DNA from: Candidatus Uhrbacteria bacterium
GTDB taxonomy: Bacteria; Patescibacteriota; Patescibacteriia; UBA9934
Length of the DNA stretch: 64,000 nt
Reading direction: 5' to 3'
Assembly: GCA_018673485.1 (NCBI GenBank)
Contig: JABHCP010000005.1
Coordinates: 102 to 64,101, forward strand
The notes below the pieces were generated by a model. It did no database searches. It was not told the DNA's origin and saw nothing but the letters and a program-made list of their open reading frames with translations. Numbering within the stretch: the stretch's first letter is position 1; every line of letters starts with the position of its first letter. A program made the translations under genes and the position numbers. Positions 9,654 through 21,127 of this stretch are shown one piece after another.

Positions 9654-9821
9654 AGTTGTTGTTTGCGAGCAAATAGTAGCAGATAATATTATTTTTGTAA
9701 AGCAGAATGATATGTTATTATATAGGCGAAATTAGCTTGAGAGGAGGATTTAAATGATTGGTCCAGAAGCGCGAATTGTCTTTACGAAAGGCGTACGGCT
9801 GGCTCATATAATAGTGACATT

Positions 9822-12800
9822 ATGGCGTCTATGGTTACATGCGGGATATACAAAAATGATAGACTTACTCTATCTCTAATCGTGATAATAATTGCGCTTG
9901 GGATTTTTTCTTTCCAATCTAAAGTAGCGAATGCTGCACCCTATGATTGTTCGGCAGACGCAAACTGTGTCGCCCAATACAATTTTGAATCGGGCGCACT
10001 CACTACAGACTCAGAGGGCACTAATACACTGACTTCTAATGGGTCTCCAGACGAAGATGCGCTAAATTATAGACAGGGATCAGGGTCTGTTGATTTGAGT
10101 AGAACTCCAGGTGATTGGTATTCTGTATCAGATGCAAGCTTAGACGCCGATTTTCCAGGGAAGGTAGTGTCAAGTATGTCTTCATGTTTTTGGGTAAGGC
10201 CAGAAGAGGCATCTCCGGATGGAAATCGTTACATCATGTCTAAATTTGCTGCCACTCCCAGCCCTTTCATAGTTCAATATACAACTGCCAGAAAGATCAA
10301 AGTTTTTATAGGTGCATCAACTAGTACGCTCGAGCATGCAACAGCGCTTACTGTAAACCAGTGGTATCACGTTTGTTTTTCCTATGACAACGCTGATGAT
10401 TCTGGAAGGATACACATATACGATGACACAGGCGCGGCTACATTGGGGTCAGATGCGACAGGAACTTTCAGTTCAAGTATGACTACCGATGCAACAGACA
10501 ATTTTGTAATTGGGTCGAACTCTGCTGGGGCGGTCAATAATAGATTTGAGGGTAATATTGATGAAATGTTGATTTTTAAGGACGTTCTTTCTACTGGCGA
10601 GATGGATACTATTCGAGCTGGGGCAACACCAAACCCCGATGTTGTTATTGTTTCAACGCCAGTACAATATAAAACGTTTCAAAGAACAACGGATACTACG
10701 GGGCCGATTGCAATCACTGGACAATACGCTGGAAGTCCTACGGCTATCGAGTGTAGTTTTGATAGTGGTGCATATGCCACAGTCGATGCCACGCCAAGCT
10801 CAGGGTCCTGGAGTGGAACGCTGACTGGTTCTGTTGGTGATGGATCGCTTCAGTGTCGATTCACGAATGATACAGATGTGAATGTGACCATATCGGACGT
10901 ACGTATGGGAGATGTCTATATGGTGATTGGACAAAGTAACGCTCATGGTAGGGGGGACAATGATCAGTCTTATACTGGGTCAAACCATGGAGCATCACAG
11001 TTTGATACTTCAGACAACTGGGAGGCACTTGGTGATAGTAATGATTTTCTTTCAGCACTCTATGGTTCTGTATGGCCACTTTTAGGAACGTTGCTCAATG
11101 ATAATGACAACATTCCTGTGGCATTTATTGGATATGCTTCTGGCGGTACAGGTTTTACTGGGAATGATTGGAATCAAGGTGATTCGGCATACAATGCGGC
11201 CGTTAATCAATTTAATGATAGTGGAGTGAATGATATTAAAGCTTTCTTGTGGTATCAAGGTGAGAATGATGCGTCGTTAGGGATGAGTGCAAGCGCTTAT
11301 GAAACAGCTCTCAGTGCAATGCTCAATGATTTGCAAAGTGACCTTTCGACTAGTGCACCATTGGTAGCAGCGCTCATAGGTGAACATAATACTGCCACGG
11401 ATTCTGAGATAGATGCCATTCGCACAGGGTTGATTAATGCATGGACCAATGATGCAGATATTTACGCGGGGCCTACAGCTCATGATCAAGAATTCACAGA
11501 CGATGTTCATTGGACGTCAGATGCCGAGATAACAATATTGGCACAACGTTGGTATCGGGTGCTAAGTTCACATTTTTATTCAGGCAGTGAGGCTGTTCGT
11601 GGACCAATATTTTCTTCTGCAGAGCGAATCGCTGTGCAATTGATTAATATTGTTTTCTCTGGCGGAGAGGGGAGCTTGAATGACGAAACAGATACAGAGG
11701 GTTGGGTTATAAAAGATGGCGGTACCCCAGTTTCTCTCGATAGCGTGACCCGCCTTGATGCCACTACAGTGCAGATTGACACAAGTGCGAACATGATAGG
11801 AGTAGTTACAGTGGATTATTTATCAGGAGATAGAGATGCTGATGCTGCTTGGCGTGATAGTGGAACATATCCTTTACCTCCTGAGCCAGTATTAGCTCAG
11901 ACCGTTTCTACACCACCATTGGCACTAACGTTTTCACCAGCAGACAATGTAACTGGCGCAGATCCCAATGCCAACTTAGTGATAACTTTTTCTGAAAGCG
12001 TTACACCGCAAGCTGGCGCGTCTAATGACATTATCATTAAAAGGACTAGTGATGATACAACGGTGGAGACAATTGATGCCCAAAGCGTGAGTGTGACCGG
12101 TGGTGGTACATCGTCAATTACTATTAATCCTGCAACCCTGCTCTACAATACAGAATATTATGTGCAGGTCGGGGCTGATGCATTTGATGCAGGTGATGGT
12201 GATAGTTACGCTGGAGTTTCAGATACTACAAGTTGGGGCTTTACTATATTTGGTTCAAGTCAAAGTACGAGCTCATCATCCTCTACTTCCTCATCGGATT
12301 ATTCAATTAGTGTTGAGTTACCGAATGGGGGCGAGGTTTTAGAGGGCGGAGAAAACTATGATATATCTTGGAGCACTGACGGAACAGGTAGTTCGCAGGT
12401 AAGCTTTGTAAATCTGTACTACTCTTTGGACGCTGGAGAAACATATATTTCTATAGCAACGAATATTATAAATAGTGGTAGCTACGCATGGGATGCGCCT
12501 TTCATTGAAGGCGCAGAAGTTGTGGTGAAGGTTGAAGGAACAGATCTGGCGATCACTTTGGCGTCAGATACCTCTGATGCGGTGTTCGCCATTGAAACCG
12601 AAGTGGGAGTCAGCCAAGTGATTGATAGTAGCCCGGAGATTGGTGTTTCCCCAGTCACCGGAGAGCCCCAAGAGATTGATATAGTGACAAGCGGTGATTA
12701 TATTAGTGGAGAGTCGTTCGACACTGTTTATTATATCGATGATGAAATGGAGCGCAGACCGTTTTCAAGCGCAACTGTATACTTCACTTGGATGGAGTCA

Positions 12801-13118
12801 TTTGAGGGCATTGAGACGGTCACAGACGCGACTTTAGCCTCTCTTGATCTTGGATTGCCAATGCTCCCTAAAGCTGAGGTAGTAATGGTTAAAATTCAGT
12901 CAGATCCCAAAGTTTATGCGATTGAGGGTGATAATACATTAAGATGGGTTGCAAGCGAGGCGGTAGCGTCCGAGCTTTATGGAACAAATTGGTCAGATTA
13001 TATAATCGATATTGAACCAACTTTTATTGCACGATTTGAAAAGGGTGAGGATATATTGTCTGCCGACGATTACAGTCTCGATATCTCAAAAGCAAAGCAA
13101 CGGAAGGATCTACAATAG
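9822..13118 (+). CDS. large secreted multidomain protein: LamG/ConA-like lectin domain, SASA(DUF303)-type carbohydrate esterase domain, Ig-like domains
   Basis: Signal/TM at the N-terminus. LamG-like region NQWYHVCFSY...GNIDEMLIF. SASA motif GQSNAHG. Ig-like (Big) repeats PADNVTGADPNANLVITFSESV. Confidence 0.75.
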   Translation: MASMVTCGIYKNDRLTLSLIVIIIALGIFSFQSKVANAAPYDCSADANCVAQYNFESGALTTDSEGTNTLTSNGSPDEDALNYRQGSGSVDLSRTPGDWYSVSDASLDADFPGKVVSSMSSCFWVRPEEASPDGNRYIMSKFAATPSPFIVQYTTARKIKVFIGASTSTLEHATALTVNQWYHVCFSYDNADDSGRIHIYDDTGAATLGSDATGTFSSSMTTDATDNFVIGSNSAGAVNNRFEGNIDEMLIFKDVLSTGEMDTIRAGATPNPDVVIVSTPVQYKTFQRTTDTTGPIAITGQYAGSPTAIECSFDSGAYATVDATPSSGSWSGTLTGSVGDGSLQCRFTNDTDVNVTISDVRMGDVYMVIGQSNAHGRGDNDQSYTGSNHGASQFDTSDNWEALGDSNDFLSALYGSVWPLLGTLLNDNDNIPVAFIGYASGGTGFTGNDWNQGDSAYNAAVNQFNDSGVNDIKAFLWYQGENDASLGMSASAYETALSAMLNDLQSDLSTSAPLVAALIGEHNTATDSEIDAIRTGLINAWTNDADIYAGPTAHDQEFTDDVHWTSDAEITILAQRWYRVLSSHFYSGSEAVRGPIFSSAERIAVQLINIVFSGGEGSLNDETDTEGWVIKDGGTPVSLDSVTRLDATTVQIDTSANMIGVVTVDYLSGDRDADAAWRDSGTYPLPPEPVLAQTVSTPPLALTFSPADNVTGADPNANLVITFSESVTPQAGASNDIIIKRTSDDTTVETIDAQSVSVTGGGTSSITINPATLLYNTEYYVQVGADAFDAGDGDSYAGVSDTTSWGFTIFGSSQSTSSSSSTSSSDYSISVELPNGGEVLEGGENYDISWSTDGTGSSQVSFVNLYYSLDAGETYISIATNIINSGSYAWDAPFIEGAEVVVKVEGTDLAITLASDTSDAVFAIETEVGVSQVIDSSPEIGVSPVTGEPQEIDIVTSGDYISGESFDTVYYIDDEMERRPFSSATVYFTWMESFEGIETVTDATLASLDLGLPMLPKAEVVMVKIQSDPKVYAIEGDNTLRWVASEAVASELYGTNWSDYIIDIEPTFIARFEKGEDILSADDYSLDISKAKQRKDLQ

Positions 13119-13156
13119 TTCAAAACAAAAAAGAATCTGCAAAGCAGGTTCTTTTT

Positions 13157-13231
13157 TGGTGCCGGAGGAGGGAATTGAACCCCCGACGCAGGGCTCTTCA
13201 GGCCCTCGCTCTACCACTGAGCTACTCCGGC
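13157..13231 (-). tRNA. tRNA-Phe(GAA)
   Basis: gccggagtagctcagtggtagagc...ctGAAga...ggttcaattcc...cca. Confidence 0.9.
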
Positions 13232-13315
13232 GTCATTTCTGATATTATAACCCTTCATTGTAAAACATTGAAGAGTAGTGGTTCCACCACCAATTTGTAT
13301 TGATGAGGAAGCCTC

Positions 13316-13392
13316 TGGTGGGTGTGGGAGGACTCGAACCTCCGACTTCAGTCTTATCAGGACTGCGCTCTAACCACCTGAGCTACACACCC
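13316..13392 (-). tRNA. tRNA-Ile(GAT)
   Basis: gggtgtgtagctcaggtggttagagc...ctGATaa...ggttcgagtcc...cca. Confidence 0.9.
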
Positions 13393-13500
13393 GTTATGTA
13401 TATCAAAAGCGCGATAATCATACGTAAATTTTGACGTTTAGTCAAGGGATATTAGACCCTTGCTATATGTAGAAAAATTTGGTATATTTCTCACGCAAAA

Positions 13501-13577
13501 CGGGGATTAGCTCAGTAGGCTAGAGCGCTTGGTTTGGGACCAAGAGGTCGTGAGTTCGAGTCTCGCATCCCCGACCA
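13501..13577 (+). tRNA. tRNA-Pro(TGG)
   Basis: cggggattagctcagtaggctagagc...ttTGGga...gttcgagtc...acca. Confidence 0.85.
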
Positions 13578-13637
13578 TCCATCGTCGCTCCTTCACGGAG
13601 CTATGGCGGACTACGAAAAATCGCCAGATATATTCTG

Positions 13638-16160
13638 GTGGTTTTTTGTTGCAATGAGAGTGAATATTTCTTTAGTCATACAGCGCAAAATTTGATAGAC
13701 TTATATATATCTATGATGCCAAAACCAATTGAATTTCACTATAAAAAATATCGTATTTTACCGGATAATAAAACGGTCAAGTTTGATTATCAAATCATAT
13801 TTTCAAATCAGGAGCCACTAGAGTTTACTGAAACCATACGATTGCCAAGGGCCTCAATGAAGCTTTGCTCGAAGGATATGAAGCCCTTCCTTGAAGCGCT
13901 TTTGATAATTTTGGGAATTAGTTATTACAAGCTATATCTTCCTAAGAAAGTGATTTTGCCATTCGAGCTTTCAAAAGAACAGGCTGAGTTTTGGAACACA
14001 GTTTATCGAAAAGGTCTTGGTGAGCTATTATATCGAAACAAGATTGATTCTAAGCAACTGGCAAAGTTTCAGAGTTCTAAGGTTGTGGTCGGACCGGTAT
14101 CGATTGAAACGAAAGACCGGGGGTTGCTTGGAATTGGGGGAGGTAAGGATTCAATCGTGGCGGCTGAGTTGCTAAAGGAAGACGGCTATGATTTCTCTTC
14201 GTTTGTGGTTGAGACGCAACGCAAGGATCTTGTAGTAGAAAAAGTAATGAAGGAAATCGGCAAGCAAAAAATGATCGTTAGGCGAGTGCTTGATCCTAAG
14301 ATCTTTGAAGAGCACGAAGGAAGTTTTGATGGGCACATTCCAATCTCTGCGATCTTTGCATTTATTGGATTGTTAACCTCAGCTGTTTACGGTTATAAAT
14401 ATGTAATGGTTGGGAATGAGCATAGTAGCAATTTTGGCAATATCAAACATAAAGGCGAGATAATTAACCATCAATGGAGCAAGACAGCGGAGTTTGAGAA
14501 TTTGCTTCAGGAATATACTTGCAAATTCATTACAGCAGATATTTCGTATATTTCAGTTCTGCGACAGTTTTATGAGATTCGGATTGCCAAAATGTTTGCG
14601 ACGCAAAAGAAGTATTTTAAGAGTTTTTCAAGTTGTAACCGTAGTTTTAGGGTTCATAAAGAGAGGACGGGTTCATTGTGGTGTGGCGAGTGCGCTAAGT
14701 GTGCATTTACTTTTTTGATTCTATCGCCATTCATGCCTAAAAAAGATTTGGTTGAAATTTTTGGTAAAAATCTTTTAAATGATAAGCGTCTTGAGTTAAT
14801 GTATCGTGATATTCTAGGTTTTGGAAAATTAAAGCCGTTTGATTGTGTTGGAACATTTGAAGAATCGCGCGTTGCTTTCTGGATGTCTGCGAAAAAATAC
14901 AAGAAGGATTTTATTGCAAAGAAGTTTGTGCAAAAGATTAAGGACGCGAAAAAATCTTCTAAAGAAGTATTGAGTACTGTGCAAGCACCTACGTTGCCAA
15001 CTAAGTTTAGATTTTTAGGAATTGAGAATATCTGTATCTTAGGATATGGAAAAGAAGGCAAGGTAACAGAGGCGTATTTGAAAAAGTTTCATCCAAAGCT
15101 CGATATTGGTATTTTAGATCAAGCTCACGATAAAAACTATCTTAAGGGTCAAGGTGAATTCGATCTTGCAGTGAAGACTCCCGGGATTTCAAAAGACAAA
15201 GTTACTATCCCATATGTGACTGCGACAAACTTATTCTTCTCAAAGATTTCAAATTTGACGATTGGAGTGACGGGAAGTAAGGGGAAGAGCACGACTGCGA
15301 GTTTGATTTATCAAATGCTTAAGGCTGATAATCAAAAAGTTCGATTGCTTGGTAATATTGGAAATCCAATGTTGAAGGTTTTGAATGGTAAAATTAATCC
15401 AAAAGAGATCTTTGTTATTGAGCTTTCAAGCTATATGCTTGATGACATTGAACACTCGCCAAATATCGCTGTGCTTTTGAATTTATTTCCAGAGCACATG
15501 GATTATCACGGAGGAGTTGACGCTTATTACGCGTCTAAGAATAGAATTTTTAAATATCAAAAGTTTGGTGATGTTTCAATTAAGTTTCCGTTTAATGAAA
15601 AGATTCCAGTTAAGGATTCTGAGGTCTCTCTTATTGGCGCTCATAATAAAAAGAATATTAAGGCTGCGATTTCAGTTGCACGACTTTTAGGAATATCAAC
15701 TGCATCAATTTCTAATGCAATTAAAGGATTCAAACCTTTGAGCCACCGATTGGAAGTTATTGGGGAGTTTAATCAGATCAGATTTATCGATGACGCAATT
15801 TCAACAACGCCAGAATCAACAATAGAGGCAATGAAGTCTATAAAAAATATCAAAACTATATTTTTAGGTGGGGAAGATCGTGGATATGATTTTAAGGAGC
15901 TTGAAAAACAAATTCGAAAAGCTAAAATTGAGAATATTGTTTTATTCCCAGAGACAGGCCGTCGAATGTTATCTTCAGCTAAGGGTCTAAATGTACTCAA
16001 AACCAAGAGTATGTCAGAGGCTGTGAAGTTTGCTTATCGATTCACGCCAAAGGGTTCTGTTTGTCTGCTTTCGACAGCGTCTCCGAGTTACAGTATTTGG
16101 AAGGATTTTGAGGAGAAGGGAGACTTATTTCAAAAGTTTGTTAAAAAATATGCAAAGTAA
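13638..16160 (+). CDS. murD: fusion protein: N-terminal PP-loop ATP-pyrophosphatase-like domain (candidate MurL-like epimerase) plus C-terminal UDP-N-acetylmuramoylalanine-glutamate ligase (MurD)
   Basis: The C-terminal half carries Mur ligase motifs (GVTGSKGKSTT, DAYYASK, LIGAHNKKN, KGFKPLSHRLE). The N-terminal ~450 aa has a GGGKDS (SGGxDS-like) PP-loop and a CGECAKC motif. Continuous ORF with no internal stop. True start may be the MMPKPIEF Met. Confidence 0.8.
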   Translation: MVFCCNESEYFFSHTAQNLIDLYISMMPKPIEFHYKKYRILPDNKTVKFDYQIIFSNQEPLEFTETIRLPRASMKLCSKDMKPFLEALLIILGISYYKLYLPKKVILPFELSKEQAEFWNTVYRKGLGELLYRNKIDSKQLAKFQSSKVVVGPVSIETKDRGLLGIGGGKDSIVAAELLKEDGYDFSSFVVETQRKDLVVEKVMKEIGKQKMIVRRVLDPKIFEEHEGSFDGHIPISAIFAFIGLLTSAVYGYKYVMVGNEHSSNFGNIKHKGEIINHQWSKTAEFENLLQEYTCKFITADISYISVLRQFYEIRIAKMFATQKKYFKSFSSCNRSFRVHKERTGSLWCGECAKCAFTFLILSPFMPKKDLVEIFGKNLLNDKRLELMYRDILGFGKLKPFDCVGTFEESRVAFWMSAKKYKKDFIAKKFVQKIKDAKKSSKEVLSTVQAPTLPTKFRFLGIENICILGYGKEGKVTEAYLKKFHPKLDIGILDQAHDKNYLKGQGEFDLAVKTPGISKDKVTIPYVTATNLFFSKISNLTIGVTGSKGKSTTASLIYQMLKADNQKVRLLGNIGNPMLKVLNGKINPKEIFVIELSSYMLDDIEHSPNIAVLLNLFPEHMDYHGGVDAYYASKNRIFKYQKFGDVSIKFPFNEKIPVKDSEVSLIGAHNKKNIKAAISVARLLGISTASISNAIKGFKPLSHRLEVIGEFNQIRFIDDAISTTPESTIEAMKSIKNIKTIFLGGEDRGYDFKELEKQIRKAKIENIVLFPETGRRMLSSAKGLNVLKTKSMSEAVKFAYRFTPKGSVCLLSTASPSYSIWKDFEEKGDLFQKFVKKYAK

Positions 16161-16168
16161 AAAGTAAT

Positions 16169-16651
16169 ATGAAATATTTATCTTTTCTAATTTTAATTCC
16201 AACACTTGTATTGGTTGGTGGGGCATGTCAGGGACCCGATGGTGAGGTGGAGGAAGTTAGTTATGAAGAAGACGTCTATGAGCTCATTGAGGAAGTCGAT
16301 GGTGACAACCTGATCAAAGGAAGTTGCAATATGATCTCCATAGGTAGCAACTGTGTTGATTTTGTCGGCTCTATTTGGACCCAGGACATGATGGAAATGA
16401 GTTGTTCGGGAGATGGGTATGAGTTCTCCAATCTAACATGCCCATACTCAGATTATGGGGGATGTCAGTCCATGCCAAACACAATGAGCGAGAGTATCGC
16501 GTGGGTTTATAGCTATGGCGGCGTAGCATATTCGGCTGAGGATGCAATGTATGCGCAGATGACTTGTGATTCGCTCGGCGTTGCTCAATGGGTCACACCA
16601 GAGAATATGGATGCAATGCGCGCTCAGGTGGCTGAGGAATTAGGTGAGTAG
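16169..16651 (+). CDS. Cys-rich lipoprotein, hypothetical
   Basis: Signal peptide plus lipobox LVLVGGAC. Confidence 0.6.
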   Translation: MKYLSFLILIPTLVLVGGACQGPDGEVEEVSYEEDVYELIEEVDGDNLIKGSCNMISIGSNCVDFVGSIWTQDMMEMSCSGDGYEFSNLTCPYSDYGGCQSMPNTMSESIAWVYSYGGVAYSAEDAMYAQMTCDSLGVAQWVTPENMDAMRAQVAEELGE

Positions 16652-16667
16652 CATCAGTTTAAAACAA

Positions 16668-16702
16668 AACACCTCAGTTATTGCTGACTGAGGTGTTTTT
16701 TC
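16668..16702. terminator. bidirectional terminator hairpin aacacctcag...ctgaggtgtt
   Basis: 10-bp stem with a T-run; a near-identical hairpin sits at 17851-17880. Confidence 0.6.
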
Positions 16703-16704
16703 AA

Positions 16705-17850
16705 TTAAAGCCTTTTTCCTCCACCACGCATTTCTTGCTGAGCGTATCCGTCGAGCTCTTGATTGCGTTCCTGCCATTGCTTCATTAGTTCTTTTTGTTC
16801 AGAGAGCCATTCTTGGTAGGCAATTTCGTCTATTTGTTCTTTTTCGATAAATTCAAGTCCTAATTCACGCTTTGCCTCTATTGCAAATTCTTTCATGTCA
16901 CCCTCTAAAAATTCTTCAAACCAACCTGACTCAGCAATGATCCTTCTTTGTTCTTGAGCTGGTATGCTCCACCATGATGACAAAAACTTAAATTCATCCT
17001 CGTCAATCCTAGATTCTGCCCATCCATCTGGAGTCTGAATTCTTTCAAGGTATTCTAGAAGATGGTCGACGTTATCTTCTATCATGTCAGCGTTCGCTAA
17101 TGCTCCACCAAGCCAACTTTCTTGATGGACCATCCCTCGGATCACTTCTGATTCAAAGAAGTACTCAAGGTCTTCAGCAGCAAATATGACAAGATAACCA
17201 AAATCCCGTTCATCTACCACTACTATTTCAGCACTTTGATCTAGCGAGTAGGAGGATTGTGATGCAGACCATTCATTAACAGGCTCAGAATGAATTGTTT
17301 CATCATCTTCATGCGCGCCTTCGTGTATTTCAAGAGAGTATGAAACGACCCGGCCACTATTTTGTCCTAACATTTCTTCAACCGATACAATCTTTACAAA
17401 TGCTTCATTTATTCCAAGAAGATCTAAACCTTGATTTACATCCACATCTCTATAAAAGGCTGAGGCAATATATTCAGGGTCATTAAAGATTTTAACATTC
17501 TCATTATCTAACACTCGTCTTATATTATTTGAACTAAATTCAATGCCATCAATGAAATTTTGAGCTCCTGGAGTGCCGTCAGGTCCGAAGACAAGTTCGC
17601 TCCCAGGTCCATCTCCGGCCGCGATAGCCATTTCCTCTAAAACAGGGCGAATGTATTGCTCACCATGGTCATGAACTTCAATCAAATTTTGAATTTGCTC
17701 TTCTGATGCCTGTTCCATATCGTGCCCACAGCCTGGTGCAAGCAGCAGCGCCGTTGCACCACAAATAAAAGCAGATCGAGCGCTTGGTCCTTTGTTGTCT
17801 GAATGGTTTACCATATAGCAGTATTTTACCTCGATCACGACGGAAAACAA
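16705..17850 (-). CDS. lipoprotein, hypothetical
   Basis: LLAPGCGHD lipobox. Start may be the internal Met near 17814, because the hairpin at 17851 abuts the ORF-track start. Confidence 0.6.
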   Translation of the reverse strand: MFSVVIEVKYCYMVNHSDNKGPSARSAFICGATALLLAPGCGHDMEQASEEQIQNLIEVHDHGEQYIRPVLEEMAIAAGDGPGSELVFGPDGTPGAQNFIDGIEFSSNNIRRVLDNENVKIFNDPEYIASAFYRDVDVNQGLDLLGINEAFVKIVSVEEMLGQNSGRVVSYSLEIHEGAHEDDETIHSEPVNEWSASQSSYSLDQSAEIVVVDERDFGYLVIFAAEDLEYFFESEVIRGMVHQESWLGGALANADMIEDNVDHLLEYLERIQTPDGWAESRIDEDEFKFLSSWWSIPAQEQRRIIAESGWFEEFLEGDMKEFAIEAKRELGLEFIEKEQIDEIAYQEWLSEQKELMKQWQERNQELDGYAQQEMRGGGKRL

Positions 17851-17880
17851 AACACCTCAGCCATTTCTGACTGAGGTGTT
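17851..17880 (-). terminator. hairpin downstream of the 16S rRNA 3' end (copy of the 16668 hairpin)
   Basis: aacacctcagccatttctgactgaggtgtt. Confidence 0.5.
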
Positions 17881-17988
17881 TTTCTTGTTGCCTTCACGTA
17901 TTGTGAGATTACAACGTCATTCCAAGGTTTGCTTACTATGTAAGCTAGTTGTTTGTCTAAGACGTACAACTATCGACTCTTTCTATCC

Positions 17989-19483
<1,495 letters not shown>

Positions 19484-19637
19484 AGTTTCTTGATTTGACA
19501 AGATCTCTGCTGATTTGAATTTATTTGGAATATTTTGATTTCCGAAGAAATCTAGAACTCGAAACTCCGAAGAGCTTCGAGGACGTTGTAATCGCACAAT
19601 TGTGAAGGTTCTGTGCTACTCCTTAGGTAGCGCGAGC

Positions 19638-19666
19638 ATTGTACTAAACCCCTGAAAACCTGTCAA
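19638..19666 (-). promoter_or_regulatory. 16S rRNA promoter TTGACA-17-TACAAT
   Basis: Minus-strand reading ttgacaggttttcaggggtttagtacaat, ~150 nt upstream of the mature 16S 5' end. Confidence 0.6.
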
Positions 19667-19852
19667 GAGATTCAGGGGTAGAAGGGGTAAAGGGGTAAAA
19701 GTGGTATTTATGGCCTATCTTGGCAGGTTTCATCTACCTCCGTCCATCCCGAGCGAGCGAAGCGAGTCGAGGGATCTCATATATAACATTTCAAGTTTTC
19801 TTGGCATGTTCAAGTACCTCTGATAGGCTTTATAATAAGGAGGTGAGATAAA

Positions 19853-20128
19853 ATGACATTCGTACAATTCACTGATCGAATTCGAGGGTTCTGTGGCTAC
19901 TGGTTGCCAGTGATGGTGGTGAGTGGTTTGATCGGAGCCGTCGTCGGTTGTATACCTCAGCATGGTGCATTGACCGGACTTTTGCTCAGTGTGGTGATGG
20001 CGCTTGCAATTATCTGGCGCGTAAACCCGCAGTGCAGTGCTGATTGCAAGATTATAGGAGTGTTCATCTTTTTGACTTCGCCTTGGATATTTCTTGCGTC
20101 TTTGACAGTGGCGTTGAAGCCTTTCTAG
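19853..20128 (+). CDS. small membrane protein, hypothetical
   Basis: Strong Shine-Dalgarno taaggaggtgagataaaATG; two predicted TM helices. Confidence 0.5.
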   Translation: MTFVQFTDRIRGFCGYWLPVMVVSGLIGAVVGCIPQHGALTGLLLSVVMALAIIWRVNPQCSADCKIIGVFIFLTSPWIFLASLTVALKPF

Positions 20129-20269
20129 GCCTGATTGTTATCGTATCCCCGCCGGCTCGTGCTTGCGGGGCTTTCTGCTTTCTTAATTGACTTTCGGGTC
20201 CCTTGTTTGATATTATTTTTAGGCAATGATTTATTTGTTGCACGATTAATAATTGACCGAAAAGACAAT

Positions 20270-20668
20270 ATGTCTAAGGAGTTTGATCAGGAATTTACAG
20301 AGTTCATAGTGAAGGCGATCGTTAACAATCCAGATGACGTTCGAACAGAGCGCACTGTTGATGAGCGAGGAGTGCTTATTACCCTTCACATAAACCCAGA
20401 AGATATGGGGTACGTGGTTGGCCGACAAGGGCAAACTGCTCGCGCAATCCGCACATTGCTCAAAAAGATCGGGGCACGAGAAAACGCACGAGTTAACTTA
20501 AAGATCTATGAACCAGAAGGTTCAAGACAGCAACACCTTGAGCAAAAGGCAGCAGCTGCAGCATCAGCGCCAGCAGCAGCTGAGGAGAGTGCTCCAGAAT
20601 CAGCACCAGCTCCAGTTGTAGAAGAGGAAGAGACAGATACTTCAGTAGTAGACAATCTTACATTCTAA
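20270..20668 (+). CDS. khpA: KH-domain RNA-binding protein (KhpA/UPF0109-like) with low-complexity C-terminal tail
   Basis: FIVKAIVNNPDDVRTERTVDERGVLITLHINPEDMGYVVGRQGQTARAIRTLL matches the KhpA consensus. Start at the ATG at 20270 rather than the ORF-track 20135. Confidence 0.75.
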   Translation: MSKEFDQEFTEFIVKAIVNNPDDVRTERTVDERGVLITLHINPEDMGYVVGRQGQTARAIRTLLKKIGARENARVNLKIYEPEGSRQQHLEQKAAAAASAPAAAEESAPESAPAPVVEEEETDTSVVDNLTF

Positions 20669-20730
20669 GGAAAAAAACATGGTACGATTTAAGTGCCATG
20701 TTTTTTTGTTTAAGTGTTTAAAATGTTTAA

Positions 20731-21102
20731 GTGTTTATGAAGTTTAATTACGAACGGATGGATATTACAAGCGATGTACATAAACTTATACGCGAAGTTT
20801 ATCAGCTTTCTTGTATTTTTCCTGATGATGAAAAATTTAATCTTGTATCTCAAGTGAAGCGTGCGTCTACATCCGTACTTTTAAACATTGCAGAGGGTAG
20901 TAGTCGAAGATCGGCCGCAGATTACCGAAGGTTTGTTATAATGGCGATAGGCTCAGCAGTTGAACTAGACGCAGTATTGAAGCTTGCAATTTCAATTGGG
21001 TATTTAACTCAAGATGAATACTTGCGTATCGAGCCAATGATTAAAACTGTATATTTCAAGCTTATTAAATTGCGCAAATCACTCGAAAAGAAAACATTTT
21101 AA
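20731..21102 (+). CDS. four-helix-bundle protein (TIGR02436 family, 23S-rRNA-IVS-type)
   Basis: FKFxxL...FPKxEKFxLxxQxxRAxxSxxxNIAEGxxR...A.GSxxEL signature. Confidence 0.75.
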   Translation: MFMKFNYERMDITSDVHKLIREVYQLSCIFPDDEKFNLVSQVKRASTSVLLNIAEGSSRRSAADYRRFVIMAIGSAVELDAVLKLAISIGYLTQDEYLRIEPMIKTVYFKLIKLRKSLEKKTF

Positions 21103-21127
21103 ACAATTTCAACATTTTAAACTTCAT

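Noticed and set aside
13012-13242. 76-aa ORF overlapping tRNA-Phe
   Set aside because: Its translation (…EEGIEPPTQGSS…) is just the tRNA gene read in-frame; no independent support.
19484-19852. 23S rRNA or spacer tRNAs adjacent to the 16S
   Set aside because: The region contains only the 16S promoter and leader and the next gene's promoter. No tRNA cloverleaf or 23S 5'-end motif was found.
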